A program made the translations under genes and the position numbers. From Candidatus Kaiserbacteria bacterium RIFCSPHIGHO2_01_FULL_54_36 (GTDB lineage: Bacteria; Patescibacteriota; Minisyncoccia; Phycocordibacterales; UBA2100), in NCBI GenBank assembly GCA_001781105.1, contig MFKV01000031.1:1-51922 (forward strand): DNA of 51,922 nucleotides, read 5' to 3'. The notes under the pieces were generated by a model. That model did no database searches and was not told the DNA's origin. It worked only from the letters and a program-made list of their open reading frames with translations. Positions 50,306-51,922 of this stretch are shown here, in pieces; the first letter of the stretch is position 1, and each line of letters starts with the position of its first letter.

Positions 50306-50656
50306 TCACCATTGCCATGCTTCTGCTTCGTTCCGGCCGTACAGGTAGATCCGAATGCCCGTCAGGACGGTGAAGATAGCGACGGCGATCGAGATCTGCC
50401 ATCCCGCAGCGATCGGCTGCAAGGCCAACAACTTGGTGACAATCATTCCCAGGAGAATGATCTCCGTCAGTGCGCCGAGGGCGCAAAGCGACCAGTATGA
50501 CACCTCGCTTTTCGGTATGGGATTCGGGCTGTCGTAGTCGAACTTCCTCTTTTTCCACAGGGGCGTGAATGGCCACCTGGCAATGAAGAGGATGGCGAGG
50601 CCGAACAACTCGACCCAGAAGCGGTAGTCTTTGGCATCTCGGATCACTTTGTCCAT
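50306..50656 (-). CDS. integral membrane protein (about 3 TM)
   Basis: 116 aa. Hydrophobic segments 'FWVELFGLAILFIA', 'WSLCALGALTEIILLGMIV' and 'ISIAVAIFTVLTGI'. Confidence 0.5.
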   Translation of the reverse strand: MDKVIRDAKDYRFWVELFGLAILFIARWPFTPLWKKRKFDYDSPNPIPKSEVSYWSLCALGALTEIILLGMIVTKLLALQPIAAGWQISIAVAIFTVLTGIRIYLYGRNEAEAWQW

Positions 50657-50729
50657 GTGCGTCTCCCGGAGCCAGGGGTTGCAGAAACTGGCTCACTGCT
50701 CAGGAGAATGGACTCAGGGAAGCGGAAAG

Positions 50730-51797
50730 TCAAATAGCGATCTGCCAATGGATGGTCTCGTTGCCAAGGCCGTGCTCTTTGTGGGCAATTGGCCACACGT
50801 TTACTCCCTCGTCCGTAACGACCGGCTCTGTTACTTGCCAATCGTTTTTTACCAATGTTATCGTTTCTTTTGATGGTTCAATCCCAAAGAAACGTGGACC
50901 ATTAATCGAAAGAAACTCTTCGAGTTTGTCGAGCGCATTTAATTCATCAAAAACTTGCGTGTAGAGCTCTATGGCGACGGGCGAATTAAATACGCCAAAT
51001 GCCGCGGGCGAAGCGAACTTCTTCGATTCCGGATGCGGAGCGGAATCTGTTCCTGCGGAGAGGAACGGCAATCCTTCCGCAACGAGCCCCCGCACTTTTT
51101 CCCGGTCGCTCGCGCTTTTGATAAGAGGTTTGCAGCGAAGCAGCGGTTTGTCCTCGACATCTTCACGCGCATAGAGGAGGTGGTGAGGCGTTACCGTCGC
51201 AACGAGTTTGCCTGTCTCGCCGTTTTTTTCCAGAAATTCTGCCGCGATTTTGGTGCTTAAATGCTCGAGCGAGATCTTGAGATCGGAATATTGCTCCAGA
51301 AGGCGTGGAAACACGCTCTCAATGAACTGCTTCTCTCCTTGATACGGATCTACCTCATTCTCGCTTTCATCCACGTGCACCTCTCCGTGCAAGAGGAGTG
51401 GCATACCTGCACGTTCCATCTCACTAAGTAGCTCTTTCGCTTCGAGGATATCACGAAAGCCCCACTGCGAATTGGTGGTCGCGCCATACGGATAGTATTT
51501 GACGGCGTACACACCATTTGAGAGTCCTTTTTCGATCTCTTCGGGCTTCAAATTCTTGGTCAGATAGAAAGTCATCAGCGGGTTGAACGTGTTTCCGGCA
51601 GGAAACGCTGCAAGGATTTCTTTTTTGTACTCAGCCGCTTGCTCAATAGTTTCAATTGGCGGATCGGTATTTGGCATCACGATCGCCGCAGAGAATTTCT
51701 GGGCGCTTATTGGCGCCACTGCCCTTAGCATCGCCCCGCGGCGGAAATGCACGTGGGCATCGAAGGGTTTTTTGATGGTTATTGAATCGTTTGACAT
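50730..51797 (-). CDS. pyrC: dihydroorotase, E. coli-type (class II)
   Basis: 'PFDAHVHFRRGAMLRAVAP...AAIVMPNTDPPI', 'LLLHGEV' and 'GTDSAPH' fit the family. ATG 51797 (MSNDSITIKK) is preferred over the ORF-track start at 51854. Confidence 0.88.
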   Translation of the reverse strand: MSNDSITIKKPFDAHVHFRRGAMLRAVAPISAQKFSAAIVMPNTDPPIETIEQAAEYKKEILAAFPAGNTFNPLMTFYLTKNLKPEEIEKGLSNGVYAVKYYPYGATTNSQWGFRDILEAKELLSEMERAGMPLLLHGEVHVDESENEVDPYQGEKQFIESVFPRLLEQYSDLKISLEHLSTKIAAEFLEKNGETGKLVATVTPHHLLYAREDVEDKPLLRCKPLIKSASDREKVRGLVAEGLPFLSAGTDSAPHPESKKFASPAAFGVFNSPVAIELYTQVFDELNALDKLEEFLSINGPRFFGIEPSKETITLVKNDWQVTEPVVTDEGVNVWPIAHKEHGLGNETIHWQIAI

Positions 51798-51922
51798 ATA
51801 TTGTCCACAGCATACCATCTTGTGTAGTAAGCGGTGAGTATCCCCGCACGGCAATGAAAGCAGATATACTGTGATGATGTCCGGGAGTCACTTTGGCTTG
51901 AGGAGTCTGCGCAAGAGGTTTC

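Noticed and set aside
1-51922. An alternative genetic code (UGA recoded, as in some CPR lineages).
   Set aside because: TGA terminates well-conserved genes at the expected positions, for example rplC at 19027-19029, rpsS at 21600-21602 and the peptide gene at 14522-14524. No conserved protein requires read-through.

Overview
This is a 51.9-kb bacterial window read with the standard code (TGA is a stop, e.g. 14522-14524 and 19027-19029). It looks like a small-genome CPR/Patescibacteria (Parcubacteria-like) organism, but that placement is an inference. It rests on four observations: an rplC-to-map ribosomal cluster with no rpmD (L30) between rpsE and rplO; Lys/Ala/Gly-rich extensions on S10, L23, S19 and S5; many small anchored or secreted proteins; and almost no Shine-Dalgarno sites.

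Core content:
- rpsJ (3569-4024), then the block rplC-rplD-rplW-rplB-rpsS-rplV-rpsC-rplP-rpmC-rpsQ-rplN-rplX-rplE ... rpsN-rpsH-rplF-rplR-rpsE-rplO-secY-(cmk-like)-adk-map (18403-31828).
- purD and ndk.
- rplT-rpmI-infC on the minus strand.
- smpB plus a clear tmRNA (47004-47349, minus; tag ANKAFAPSYALA).
- ftsH and pyrC.

Accessory content:
- A ~14.3-kb island splits rpsJ from rplC. It carries an AsnB homologue lacking the catalytic Cys, an orphan TctC/Bug-type binding protein, a three-gene operon (PRTase/beta-propeller fusion, unknown, PP-loop ATPase), a GT4 glycosyltransferase, and the best candidate for an undescribed system.
- That candidate is a DUF692 (MbnB/TglH/BufB-type) enzyme translationally coupled to a small partner. 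It sits divergently next to a signal-anchored 107-aa peptide ending in ...DPLGCGCNCSEGGGDGGSGDGDDGDGG. I read this as a methanobactin/bufferin-like RiPP locus.

Other notable observations:
- At least 14 genes have a -10 box 5-8 nt before the ATG, which implies leaderless mRNAs.
- Four families of G-poor repeated spacer modules lie inside the r-protein operon.
- An antisense gene with a canonical promoter, SD and terminator is inserted between rplE and rpsN.
- Palindromic operator-like repeats flank a PaaX/Cas2-fold regulator and purD.
- A covarying hairpin is duplicated before rpmI and rplT.
- An orphan ~150-nt sRNA candidate lies upstream of a LOG-like gene.
- Tandem M15-like secreted paralogues sit next to a secreted nuclease.
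- A soluble TraD/VirD4-like ATPase has no other T4SS genes nearby.

No CRISPR array, rRNA, tRNA, transposase or integrase was recognised. All family assignments come from reading the translations, not from HMM or BLAST searches.
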